The notes under the pieces: generated by a model | Told to the model about the DNA's origin: nothing | Databases searched by the model: none | Seen by the model: only the letters and a program-made list of their open reading frames with translations | Position numbers and translations under genes: made by a program | Part shown: piece by piece, positions 21,148-29,730 of the stretch | Layout of the letters: each line of letters begins with the position of its first letter | How positions within the stretch are numbered: the first letter of the stretch is position 1 | Origin: an uncultured Methanosarcinales archaeon | GTDB lineage: Archaea > Nanobdellota > Nanobdellia > Woesearchaeales > GW2011-AR4 | Assembly (NCBI GenBank): GCA_964650285.1 | Contig: CAZYSP010000004.1 | Span: 354-64,353 of the forward strand | Reading direction: 5' to 3' | DNA length: 64,000 nucleotides

Positions 21148-22140
21148 ATGATATATTCGTTAGTTAAATCTACAATACAACATTTCAATCCAGGCCTAAT
21201 AAGTAGAACGTTAAGAGAAGTGAGACTGGGGGCAGCAATATCGTTAACACTTAATTATGTAGCTCAAGAATATAGTATATATAAACAAAACAAAGATAAC
21301 AGAATATCCCCAACACTCATACAGCTTGAACTTACAACATATTGTCCTTGGAGATGCAAAGGTTGTTATATGCCTGTAGAAGAAAGAAAAGACAAAAAAG
21401 TAATTGATTTAGAAACAGCACACAAAGCTGTTCAGAAAGGAATTTCTTGGGGAATTAGGAATTTCAATCTAATTGGGGGAGAGACCATAAGTAGGGATAC
21501 TGTACCTGTTATTGAAAGTTTAATTACAGAATATCCTTCATTGAGTTTCCATTGTTGTACAAATGGAATTTATTTATCTTCACAAAATGAGGAATTAGAT
21601 GATATTGTTTTGAGGAATAACCTTAATATAGGGTTAAGTATAGATGGATTTAAGGAGACAAATGATGCTATAAGAGGCAAAAATTCGTATAGAAGTGTTA
21701 TTTCAGCCGCAGAATATTTAAGTTCAAGAAGATCCCTTTATGGAGCTACTGTAACATTAGGACCAGAGAATATTGAAGAAGTTACATCTGAAGAATTCAT
21801 GGATTTTCTGATATCCCATAGATTCCATTATGTAACATATGGCATTTCTCATAAAGTCGATCATGCCTCATGCAGCAATGCTCTTGAAGCATTAAAGTCA
21901 TTAAGAAAAAAACCAATCTTTATTTATATTAATTCACTAGGTCATATAGACGATTTATCCCCGCTAAAAAGAGATAGGCTAATTTCTGTTGATAAGCGTG
22001 GTAAAATTCTTAACGACAGGGGAGAAAGAATACCTATTGCAGATCTTGATACAGATATAGAGGATATAGTTTCAAGTAAAGATTGGAAAAAAAGATTTAC
22101 TTTAGAGTGGGCATTACACTCGAATAAAGAATCTAATTAA
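21148..22140 (+). CDS. Radical SAM protein
   Basis: CPWRCKGC (CxxxCxxC), GGE, TNG, SIDG; start moved to ATG 21148. Confidence 0.88.
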   Translation: MIYSLVKSTIQHFNPGLISRTLREVRLGAAISLTLNYVAQEYSIYKQNKDNRISPTLIQLELTTYCPWRCKGCYMPVEERKDKKVIDLETAHKAVQKGISWGIRNFNLIGGETISRDTVPVIESLITEYPSLSFHCCTNGIYLSSQNEELDDIVLRNNLNIGLSIDGFKETNDAIRGKNSYRSVISAAEYLSSRRSLYGATVTLGPENIEEVTSEEFMDFLISHRFHYVTYGISHKVDHASCSNALEALKSLRKKPIFIYINSLGHIDDLSPLKRDRLISVDKRGKILNDRGERIPIADLDTDIEDIVSSKDWKKRFTLEWALHSNKESN

Positions 22141-22178
22141 CCAAAAACTATTTATTGAACCTCTATCTAAATTCTTAT

Positions 22179-23840
22179 ATGGACAAATTTAAAGAAGAAA
22201 TAATTAAATCAATAAAAAAAAAGGTAAAAGCGGACATAGAATTGGAAATACCCCCAAAGCCAGATATGGGTGATTATGCTTTTCCCTGCTTTTCTTTGGC
22301 AAAAATTTATAAAAAAAATCCAAATGAAATAGCAAATGACCTATCAAAAAAAATAAAGAAAAGCAAATACATACAAGAAATAAAAGTTATTGGGCCATAT
22401 CTTAATTTTTTTATTAATAAAAATGCATTAACTGAGGATACATTAAAAAGAATATTAAAAGAAAAAGATAAGTATGGTTCTTCTAATCTTGGAAAAAATA
22501 AAAAAATAATTCTTGAGCATACAAGTATTAACCCAAATGCAAGCCCTCATGTAGGCCGTGCAAGAAATGCCCTGATTGGTGATGCACTGGTAAAAATTCT
22601 AAGATTTCAGAAATATAATGTTGAAGTGCATTATTATGTAAATGATATTGGAAAGCAGATTGCAATGTTAGTTCTAGTAGCTCAAAACAAAAAAAATATC
22701 AAATTTGATGATTTATTAAAAATTTATATTGGTATATCAAAAAAAGTTGAAAAAAATGAAAAATTAGAGAAAGAAGTGTTGTTGCTTTTAAATAAGCTCG
22801 AGAATGGAGATAAAAAAATAATTAATGAATTCAAAAGAATTGTAAGCATATCAATTAAAGGCCAGACAAAAATTCTTTCTGAACTGGGCATTAAATACGA
22901 TAAGTTTGATTATGAATCAACATATTTATGGAGCAAAAAAACAGATGAAACATTAAAATTGCTGGAAAAAACAGGCAAATTTTTCTTTGATAAAGACAAC
23001 AGGTTTGTTTTGGATGAAAAAGGCTTTGAGTTGGGAATGAAAGTTCCTGTTTTGGTCTTAACAAGAGGCGATAGCACTTCATTGTACCCATTAAGAGATA
23101 TTGCTTATGCGTTAGATATAGGCAAAAAGGGAAAAAACGTTGTTGTGCTGGGAGAAGATCAAAAATTATACAACGAGCAGATAAATGCCGCTTTAAAATT
23201 ATTGGAAAAAAAGCCAAGAAAAGCAGTTTATTATTCTTTTGTACTATTAGAAGAAGGAAAGATGTCCACAAGAAAAGGAAATATAGTTTTGCTGGAAGAC
23301 TTTATGGCAGAAGCATTAAAAAAAGCAGGAGGGGAATTAAAGCAGAGATACAAAAAAATTGACACTAAAGCTGCAAAAATAATTGGTTATGGTTCATTAA
23401 AATACGCAATCCTGAAAGTAAGTCCTGAGAAAAACGTTATCTTTAACTGGCAGCAGGCATTAAACTTTGAAGGCGAAACAGCACCTTACATACAGTATGC
23501 TTATGCAAGAATAAGCTCAATAATAAAAAAGCATAAGAAAGCATTGCCAAAAACCGCTAATTTTTCATTATTAGACAAAAAAGAGGAAATAGAATTAATA
23601 AAAAAATTATCTGCTTTCCCTCAAATTGCAGAAAAGGTATCTGTTGAACTTAGACCAAACATAATCGCAAATTATGCTTACGAACTAGCAAAACAATTTA
23701 ATGAATTCTACCACATACATAATATTTTAAAAGAAAAAGAAGAAATAAAGAAAGCAAGATTATTGTTAGCAAAAAGCGTGCAGCAAACATTGAAGAACAG
23801 CTTGAATTTACTTGGTATAGATATTTTAGAGAGGATGTAA
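22179..23840 (+). CDS. argS: Arginine--tRNA ligase
   Basis: GDYAFPCF, SINPNASPHVG (HIGH-like), KMSTRKG, YIQYAYAR. Confidence 0.97.
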   Translation: MDKFKEEIIKSIKKKVKADIELEIPPKPDMGDYAFPCFSLAKIYKKNPNEIANDLSKKIKKSKYIQEIKVIGPYLNFFINKNALTEDTLKRILKEKDKYGSSNLGKNKKIILEHTSINPNASPHVGRARNALIGDALVKILRFQKYNVEVHYYVNDIGKQIAMLVLVAQNKKNIKFDDLLKIYIGISKKVEKNEKLEKEVLLLLNKLENGDKKIINEFKRIVSISIKGQTKILSELGIKYDKFDYESTYLWSKKTDETLKLLEKTGKFFFDKDNRFVLDEKGFELGMKVPVLVLTRGDSTSLYPLRDIAYALDIGKKGKNVVVLGEDQKLYNEQINAALKLLEKKPRKAVYYSFVLLEEGKMSTRKGNIVLLEDFMAEALKKAGGELKQRYKKIDTKAAKIIGYGSLKYAILKVSPEKNVIFNWQQALNFEGETAPYIQYAYARISSIIKKHKKALPKTANFSLLDKKEEIELIKKLSAFPQIAEKVSVELRPNIIANYAYELAKQFNEFYHIHNILKEKEEIKKARLLLAKSVQQTLKNSLNLLGIDILERM

Positions 23841-23913
23841 AACCAAACATTTATATAGCATTAAACCCATAAATTGACAATATAACATTAAAAAACTATT
23901 ACGGAGGTATAAA

Positions 23914-23940
23914 ATGGGCGGAGGAGATGGTTGCTGTTAA
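23914..23940 (+). CDS. Candidate 8-aa micro-peptide MGGGDGCC
   Basis: GGAGGT SD 5 nt before ATG; promoter-like AAACATTTATATA at about 23845-23857. Confidence 0.4.
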   Translation: MGGGDGCC

Positions 23941-23978
23941 TTCAGCTAAATAAATTAAATTTTATTTTTTTCTTTTTC

Positions 23979-24701
23979 TTATATTCTTCTTGCAAAGCTG
24001 ATAAAACCAGAATGTCCTATTTGCTGGCTTCTGGGCCTTACTTTTCTATCATCAATTTCCCATTCTCTTTCAATAATTTCAGAAGTCTTTACATGAACAA
24101 AATTTTCATTATGCTCTATTTTTTTAATAAAATCCATGCTTTGCGGTATTGTTGGGCTGTAAGAAACTAAAAAACCACCTACTTTCAAAGCTTTCTTAGC
24201 AACATCTACCGCTCTCCAAGGTTCTGGTAAATCAAATGTAACCAAATCAATATTTTTCTCGTCAACACCTTCATAAATACTTTTATGTTTAATTTCAATA
24301 TTCTTTAATCCCAAATAATCAATATTCTTTTTTACAATTTCAATAAAATCTTCCCTTATTTCATATGTAACAACTTCTTTGACAATATTTGCCAGAAAAC
24401 AACATAATGCTCCAGAACCAGAGCCAGCATCAACAACTTTGCTGTTATTGTTAATTCCGGTTTCTGCCGCAATTAATCCAATATCCTTCAAAGGTATAAT
24501 CTGGGCATCTCTTTTAATTTTTTTGTACAAATCAATAAAATAAGGATCAAAAACAGTAAATTCTTTTTTTGTGTTGGAAATTACTTTGCCTGTTTTTTTC
24601 CTCAAATCATTTTTTTTAAAAAAGCCATACTTTGTATGGAAATCCTTACTTGTATCTTTAATCAGAAATTTATCTTTCTTATTCATCAAAACTTTTGCCA
24701 T
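23979..24701 (-). CDS. trmI: tRNA (adenine-N1)-methyltransferase Trm61/GCD14 family
   Basis: DAGSGSG, YEIREDF, FDLPEPW, YSPT...Q, HSGF; true start ATG 24701 (the longer ORF runs through the tRNA). Confidence 0.92.
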   Translation of the reverse strand: MAKVLMNKKDKFLIKDTSKDFHTKYGFFKKNDLRKKTGKVISNTKKEFTVFDPYFIDLYKKIKRDAQIIPLKDIGLIAAETGINNNSKVVDAGSGSGALCCFLANIVKEVVTYEIREDFIEIVKKNIDYLGLKNIEIKHKSIYEGVDEKNIDLVTFDLPEPWRAVDVAKKALKVGGFLVSYSPTIPQSMDFIKKIEHNENFVHVKTSEIIEREWEIDDRKVRPRSQQIGHSGFISFARRI

Positions 24702-24779
24702 AATAAAATCTAGAATAAGTGCAAATTTAAAAACATTGTTATAAAATAAAAAATTTATTTCTTCTTTTCTAAAAAAATA

Positions 24780-24910
24780 CGGGTCAGAAGGGATTCGAAC
24801 CCTCGACCTACAGCTCTCCTCTAATGAATAGAAGGCTGTCGCTCTTTTTGGCTTCGCCAAAACCTTCTCGAAACAGGTTTCTCGAAGTATCCAAGCTGAG
24901 CTACTGACCC
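24780..24910 (-). tRNA. tRNA-Arg(UCU) with two introns (D-loop 20a/21, 43 nt, 24846-24888; 37/38, 13 nt, 24816-24828)
   Basis: Acceptor GGGUCAG/CUGACCC; anticodon stem ACAGC/GCUGU around CU-UCU-AA after splicing; both introns form BHB motifs (UUGG/CCAA; CUUC/GAGG). Confidence 0.9.
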
Positions 24911-24948
24911 ATTGACAAGAATAAGTTTTATTATTTCTTTATAAATGT

Positions 24949-25191
24949 TTATTTAAATCTATACTGTAAGAAAAGATTCATAGCAAAAAAGAATATCAAA
25001 GCAAGGCCCATTAGCACTACTAAAGCCCAAACAAGCCTCTTGTCATTGCCAAAGCCAAACGGAATAAACCCAATAAAACCACCAACTGCTACTTTAGTAT
25101 CCTTATTTGTACTTGTTAAAGCACCTATAAAGACTAATGCAAAGCCTATTAAGATTACTAAAATGCCTATTGGTATTAGATTATTGTTCAT
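24949..25191 (-). CDS. DUF131-like small membrane protein
   Basis: GGFIGFIPFGFG motif between TM segments. Confidence 0.7.
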   Translation of the reverse strand: MNNNLIPIGILVILIGFALVFIGALTSTNKDTKVAVGGFIGFIPFGFGNDKRLVWALVVLMGLALIFFFAMNLFLQYRFK

Positions 25192-25337
25192 GTTGGATTT
25201 TATAGTTTTTTAGATATTTAATTGTTTTGTTAGATTTTATTGCTTTTAAAATATATTCCCCAGTATATAATCAATCCGAAAGCTTTATATATGGGCAATA
25301 TAGATATTCGTATACTAGTTTAGTAATAAGTTTATGT

Positions 25338-25425
25338 CAAAAGGGACATAAACGATATCATATACGAGGACAAAACGATCATATCAATTGACCTTTCACG
25401 TATGATATCTAGTCCCTTTTGTCCT
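25338..25425 (+). promoter_or_regulatory. Structured leader with mutually exclusive stems
   Basis: CAAAAGGGAC/GTCCCTTTTG plus GATATCATA/TATGATATC, versus AGGACAAAA/TTTTGTCCT; lies between CGAAAGCTTTATA promoter and ATG 25431. Confidence 0.5.
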
Positions 25426-25430
25426 TAAAA

Positions 25431-25685
25431 ATGGAACCAGAACTAAAAAATTTTACAGACAATGTAGATGCCTGGATAAAGCAGATAAGAAAGGAATTTA
25501 CAAATTTTTCAGATATACCTAATGTTGTTAGTGAGAACACTGATAATGTACAACACAATTATGAGCTCATATACGAGCTAAAAGACCAGATAGAAGAGCT
25601 AAAGCAGGAAATAAACGCACTAAAACTTATCCAGATAATAAGCCTCAAGAAAAGCAAGCAAGAGCAGCATAAGAAGATCAGCTAA
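25431..25685 (+). CDS. Small coiled-coil hypothetical protein
   Basis: ORF with heptad pattern (NYELIYELKDQIEELKQEINALK). Confidence 0.7.
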   Translation: MEPELKNFTDNVDAWIKQIRKEFTNFSDIPNVVSENTDNVQHNYELIYELKDQIEELKQEINALKLIQIISLKKSKQEQHKKIS

Positions 25686-25986
25686 TCTCATTTACTATTT
25701 TCTTTAAAGCACTGTCTACAGCAACAAAAAGATTTCTTTCCACAACTTCAGAAACAATAGGCTTTCCATCATTTATAAGCTTTATATGTATTTCATACTT
25801 GCTGCTTTTTTCTGTTTCATGAACAGGCTTCATTGTAACACTTAACTTCTCAAACTTCTCAGAAATCTCAGACAATCTTCTGCCATAATTGCCTATTATT
25901 TTCTTTAACACAACCATAGAAGCGCCATCAATATCCCCAAAGCCGGAAAGCTCTATATTTCCGCCTAACTGTGTAGGTTCATCCAT
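25678..25986 (-). CDS. HPF/RaiA-like fold protein (paralog 1)
   Basis: Beta-alpha-beta-beta-beta-alpha pattern ending RNLFVAVDSALKKI, like the HPF C-terminal helix. Confidence 0.6.
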   Translation of the reverse strand: MDEPTQLGGNIELSGFGDIDGASMVVLKKIIGNYGRRLSEISEKFEKLSVTMKPVHETEKSSKYEIHIKLINDGKPIVSEVVERNLFVAVDSALKKIVNEIS

Positions 25987-26040
25987 AACAGCCCCCAAAC
26001 AAGCTATTCTTGGATTTGATGTTTAAATAGTTTTTGTTTT

Positions 26041-26187
26041 GATTAGCTGTGCCTAATTTAGGGGAGGTGGGTGGGAAAAATAAAGCAACGACTTCAATTA
26101 AAATGTTGTGTATCATAATCAAATGATATCTACAAGATGATATCAAGATGCAACATTTTGCCTAAAGTCCGCTCTGGCACAGCTATC
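26041..26187 (+). ncRNA. Unknown structured RNA/element, copy 2
   Basis: Closing stem TAGCTGTGCC/GGCACAGCTA; G-motif 26061-26075; N20 26076-26095; core 79/84 nt identical to copy 1. Confidence 0.7.
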
Positions 26188-26231
26188 GTCAATAACAAAA
26201 TATAAATACCAGCTAAAGAAATTCAAACTTT

Positions 26232-26561
26232 ATGGAGCCAATACAAATCATAGGGATAAAAGATCTAGATGAAATGGAAGTAGAGTCTATTAACAGGCTT
26301 GCCAACAGATATTATGGCAAAGTCCAGAGGGAAATTAAAAACATCACTTCTTTAGTGGTTCATATAAAGAGTATTAATAAAGAAGGAAGGCAGAAAATTT
26401 ATTCGGTCCATGTAAAAGTAATTGCTCCAACTAAAGTATTTGCTTCTACAAAAACAGAAGATTGGAATTTAGAGAAAGCATTACATGGCTCTTTTAGAAA
26501 TATTATAAGAGAAATGCAGCACAGACTGCATACAGACGATCAGCATGACAAAACCCGTTAA
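26232..26561 (+). CDS. HPF/RaiA-like fold protein (paralog 2)
   Basis: LVVHIK...YSVHVKV...DWNLEKALHGSFRNI pattern. Confidence 0.6.
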   Translation: MEPIQIIGIKDLDEMEVESINRLANRYYGKVQREIKNITSLVVHIKSINKEGRQKIYSVHVKVIAPTKVFASTKTEDWNLEKALHGSFRNIIREMQHRLHTDDQHDKTR

Positions 26562-27006
26562 TTCTAAAATTGCAACCTTATGCCAGATTGAAGGATTGAG
26601 TTGTTTCGGCTGCTGCGGAAATGATTACAGCCATAAAAAAAAGCTGATGAGAGACATAAGAAAAAATACATTTGAGTTCAAAAAAACTAATTCAGTTAGT
26701 TCTTTCATGACCAGAACTACAGACTTAAGATCTTCTGGTATTTGCGCTAATGTTGTTTTCAAAGATGGAAAATTTTTCTGCCCAGGACATCCTACATTGC
26801 ATTATGGCAGGGATTATAGGGAGATAGATCCGGATTGTGAAAGAGATAAAGATGACGGATGCAAAGCTTATATTTTATTTCAAAAGTGGAGCAAAGAAAA
26901 GCAAAAACAATTTCTGGATTTTATCAAATCAAAAAAACTGGATAGCTATATTTATTCTATAAAGATGGACAATAATTCTTTGCTGAAAGAGTTTGAGAAA
27001 AAATAG
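26545..27006 (+). CDS. Cys-rich protein, YkgJ-like Fe-S/Zn cluster candidate
   Basis: CQIEGLSCFGCC...C...CPGH...C...C. Confidence 0.6.
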   Translation: MTKPVNSKIATLCQIEGLSCFGCCGNDYSHKKKLMRDIRKNTFEFKKTNSVSSFMTRTTDLRSSGICANVVFKDGKFFCPGHPTLHYGRDYREIDPDCERDKDDGCKAYILFQKWSKEKQKQFLDFIKSKKLDSYIYSIKMDNNSLLKEFEKK

Positions 27007-27078
27007 CGGGGAGAAGATTTGAACTTCCGACCTGAGGGTTATGAGCCCTCCGGGCACTCCTGACTGCCCTACCCCGCT
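27004..27078 (-). tRNA. Initiator tRNA-Met(CAU)
   Basis: AGCGGGG start with A1-U72; GAGGG/CCCUC anticodon stem (three G-C pairs) around CU-CAU-AA. Confidence 0.95.
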
Positions 27079-27127
27079 GTATAAAAAATAAGAATTAATG
27101 CTTCTTTAAAAAGATTGCTGATAAAAA

Positions 27128-27508
27128 CTATCCTCTTTTCCCAATAATCTGAACATTTCCTTTAAAGTCAACAAAAGTGATTTGATCTCCTTCATTAAGT
27201 TCATTACGCAGTTCTTCTGGAGCACTGGCATCTACTGTTTCATAACTTACATTGTCCATTATCTGCACTTTATCATCTGTTTTTGAAATAACCTGGCCTG
27301 TTTTCTTTACTATATCAACAATCTCTACCTTGTCTGTATGATGCATATTTATACTTCTTTCTCCTTTTCCTGTTAGGTCTTTAATGAACAGCTTTAGTTT
27401 GCTGTGAGAATGAGTGCCATAAACAACTATTTCTTTTCTTATAACCTGGACAGGTTCATTATTCTGGATAAAGTAACTTCCCCTTTTAAGTTCTGATGCA
27501 GATGCCAT
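27128..27508 (-). CDS. eif5a: aIF5A/eIF5A homolog lacking the hypusine lysine
   Basis: LKRGSYF...EPVQV, KVEIVDIVKKTGQV...VQIMD..SYET; GTHS in place of GKHG. Confidence 0.85.
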   Translation of the reverse strand: MASASELKRGSYFIQNNEPVQVIRKEIVVYGTHSHSKLKLFIKDLTGKGERSINMHHTDKVEIVDIVKKTGQVISKTDDKVQIMDNVSYETVDASAPEELRNELNEGDQITFVDFKGNVQIIGKRG

Positions 27509-27517
27509 TTTAAAAAA

Positions 27518-27632
27518 CGCCGAGGGTGAGATTTGAACTCACGTGCCCCGAAGGACAAAGGATTTTTATGACAGTCCTTGAGGAAAATAGTCCTAGCAAT
27601 CCTTCGCAATGGCCAGGCTATGCGACCTCGGC
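27518..27632 (-). tRNA. tRNA-Ser(GCU) with 30-nt intron at 37/38 (27564-27593)
   Basis: GCCGAGG/CCUCGGC acceptor, G73, long variable arm GUCC-UUCG-GGGC, AAGGA/UCCUU anticodon stem. Confidence 0.88.
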
Positions 27633-27727
27633 ATTAAAGAAAGTAATTGTAATTTTATTTATAAAACTTATTATAAAATCTGATAAATATCAATATCTTT
27701 TTAAATAAAAAAATCAAAAACAAACAA

Positions 27728-29725
27728 ATGAAAAAAATATTGTCGTTTTTAATGTTTATTTTTCTTTTATCTAATTCAATTTATGCACAGAATGGTGATG
27801 ATTGGTTCTACAATAGTCAAAACCTTATCATAAATATTGATGTTTCTTCAGAAGCGAAAATAGAGCCAAAATCCTCTGATTACAGTGTAAAATACATTAA
27901 TATAAACCTGTCTCATTATCCTTATGAGAGCTTTAATCAAAAAGTAATTAATTTTGAAATCGAGCCAGAAGCAGATATAGAAAGCAATGCAATACTCTAT
28001 AACTGGCAGAACCCAAGAAACAGGGTAACTTTCGGATACAAAACAACAATCAGGACAAACAGCAATATCATTGAAGTAAAAGACAAAATAAAATTTCCTG
28101 TCCTGGATCTGCCAGAAGAGCTTGAGCAATATACACAGCCAAGCGAAATAATTAATTCTGATGACGAGGATATAATCGGTTTTGCTTCAGAGATTGCAGA
28201 AGGAGAAGATGATTTATACATAGTTGTGCATAAAATAGCAGAATGGACAAAAAGCAACATAGAGTATGATTTAAGCACTTTAACTGAAAAATCAAGTTTA
28301 AAAGCTTCATGGGTTTTAGACAACAGGCAGGGTGTCTGTGATGAATTAACTTCTTTGTTTATTGCAATGCTGAGATCCTTAGGAATACCCGGGAAATTTG
28401 TATCAGGAGTTGCTTATACAGAAAATGAATTATTTCCGGAAAACTGGGGAAGTCATGGATGGGCAGAAATATATTTTCCCGGTTATGGGTGGATTCCATA
28501 TGATGTAACTTACGGCCAGTTTGGCTACATTGACCCAACGCATGTAAAGCTAAAAGAATCTGTTGACAGTGGTGAGCCTTCTGCACAATACAGGTGGGTG
28601 GGGAATATAGACTTAGAAACAAAAGATTTAGACATTGACGCTTCTTTACAGGAAACAATTGGAAGAATAAAAAACCCTGTCAGCCTGGATGTTAATGTTT
28701 TAAAGCAAAACATTGGCTTTGGCTCCTATAATCTTATAGAAGTTATTTTAGAGAATCTTGAAGATTACTATATTTCATCAGAGATTTACATATCAAAACC
28801 AGAAGAAGTCGAATTAACAGAAGATTTTATTAAAAATATCTTATTAAAGCCAAATGAAAAGAAAAGTGTTTTCTGGATTGTTAAATTAACAGATAATTTA
28901 CAGAAAAATTTCATTTATACATTCCCCATGACTGTAAGCACATTAAGGGGCTCTAAAGAAGATACAGAGTTTGAATCAAAAAAAGGAGATATTACTTACT
29001 CGTTTGAGGAAATAAATAATATACTGGGACAAAAAAAAGAGGAGGAAAAAAAGATTTATTCCAGGGATGTAAAAATTGACTGCAATATCGATCAAAAAGA
29101 ATTCTATTATTATGAAAAAGCCCTGCTTAAATGCAAAATTAAAAATATTGGAAATACTGTTTTAAAATCTCTGAATGTATGTTTTGAATCTGAATGCTCT
29201 AAAGCAGATTTAGGGATTGTGCAGGAAAAAAGCTTTAACTATACTGTTGAAAAATCTGTAACAGGAAACCAGGAATCAATCTTTAAAGTAAAAAATGCTG
29301 TCGTTTCAAAAGCAGAATATATAGGGTACAATATATTGGATGAACCGGAAATAAAAATAAATGAAATAGAATCACCTGATGACATTGAATACAATGATCA
29401 ATTCAAGATTAGTTTCTTATTAAGCAAAGAATCAGCATCAATCCCATATAATCTGGAAATCACCTTGTCCCGGAATAACTTCAAAAAAACATGGACTCTA
29501 AAAGAGCTTTCTGAAGACAGGAAATTTGTAATTAACCTGCTTGGCAAAAACTTAAGGAAAGGGCTTAATGAATTTGATATTATTGTCAAATATGAAGATG
29601 GAAATGCAAGGCCTTATGAAACAAAAGAAACATTTTCTGTTGAGCTTACTAACGTTACTCTAATCCAGAATATTATGTTGGCATTAAACCAGTTTGTATT
29701 GTTTCTTGAGAATTTAGTGTCGTGA
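27728..29725 (+). CDS. Secreted transglutaminase-like domain protein
   Basis: Signal peptide; GVCDEL, HGWAE, WIPYD triad. Confidence 0.88.
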   Translation: MKKILSFLMFIFLLSNSIYAQNGDDWFYNSQNLIINIDVSSEAKIEPKSSDYSVKYININLSHYPYESFNQKVINFEIEPEADIESNAILYNWQNPRNRVTFGYKTTIRTNSNIIEVKDKIKFPVLDLPEELEQYTQPSEIINSDDEDIIGFASEIAEGEDDLYIVVHKIAEWTKSNIEYDLSTLTEKSSLKASWVLDNRQGVCDELTSLFIAMLRSLGIPGKFVSGVAYTENELFPENWGSHGWAEIYFPGYGWIPYDVTYGQFGYIDPTHVKLKESVDSGEPSAQYRWVGNIDLETKDLDIDASLQETIGRIKNPVSLDVNVLKQNIGFGSYNLIEVILENLEDYYISSEIYISKPEEVELTEDFIKNILLKPNEKKSVFWIVKLTDNLQKNFIYTFPMTVSTLRGSKEDTEFESKKGDITYSFEEINNILGQKKEEEKKIYSRDVKIDCNIDQKEFYYYEKALLKCKIKNIGNTVLKSLNVCFESECSKADLGIVQEKSFNYTVEKSVTGNQESIFKVKNAVVSKAEYIGYNILDEPEIKINEIESPDDIEYNDQFKISFLLSKESASIPYNLEITLSRNNFKKTWTLKELSEDRKFVINLLGKNLRKGLNEFDIIVKYEDGNARPYETKETFSVELTNVTLIQNIMLALNQFVLFLENLVS

Positions 29726-29730
29726 ATTAT

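Noticed and set aside
24702-24860. N-terminal extension of the trmI ORF
   Set aside because: It runs through the tRNA-Arg gene; ATG 24701 fits the family start.
27526-27708. 60-aa ORF on +
   Set aside because: Antisense to tRNA-Ser.
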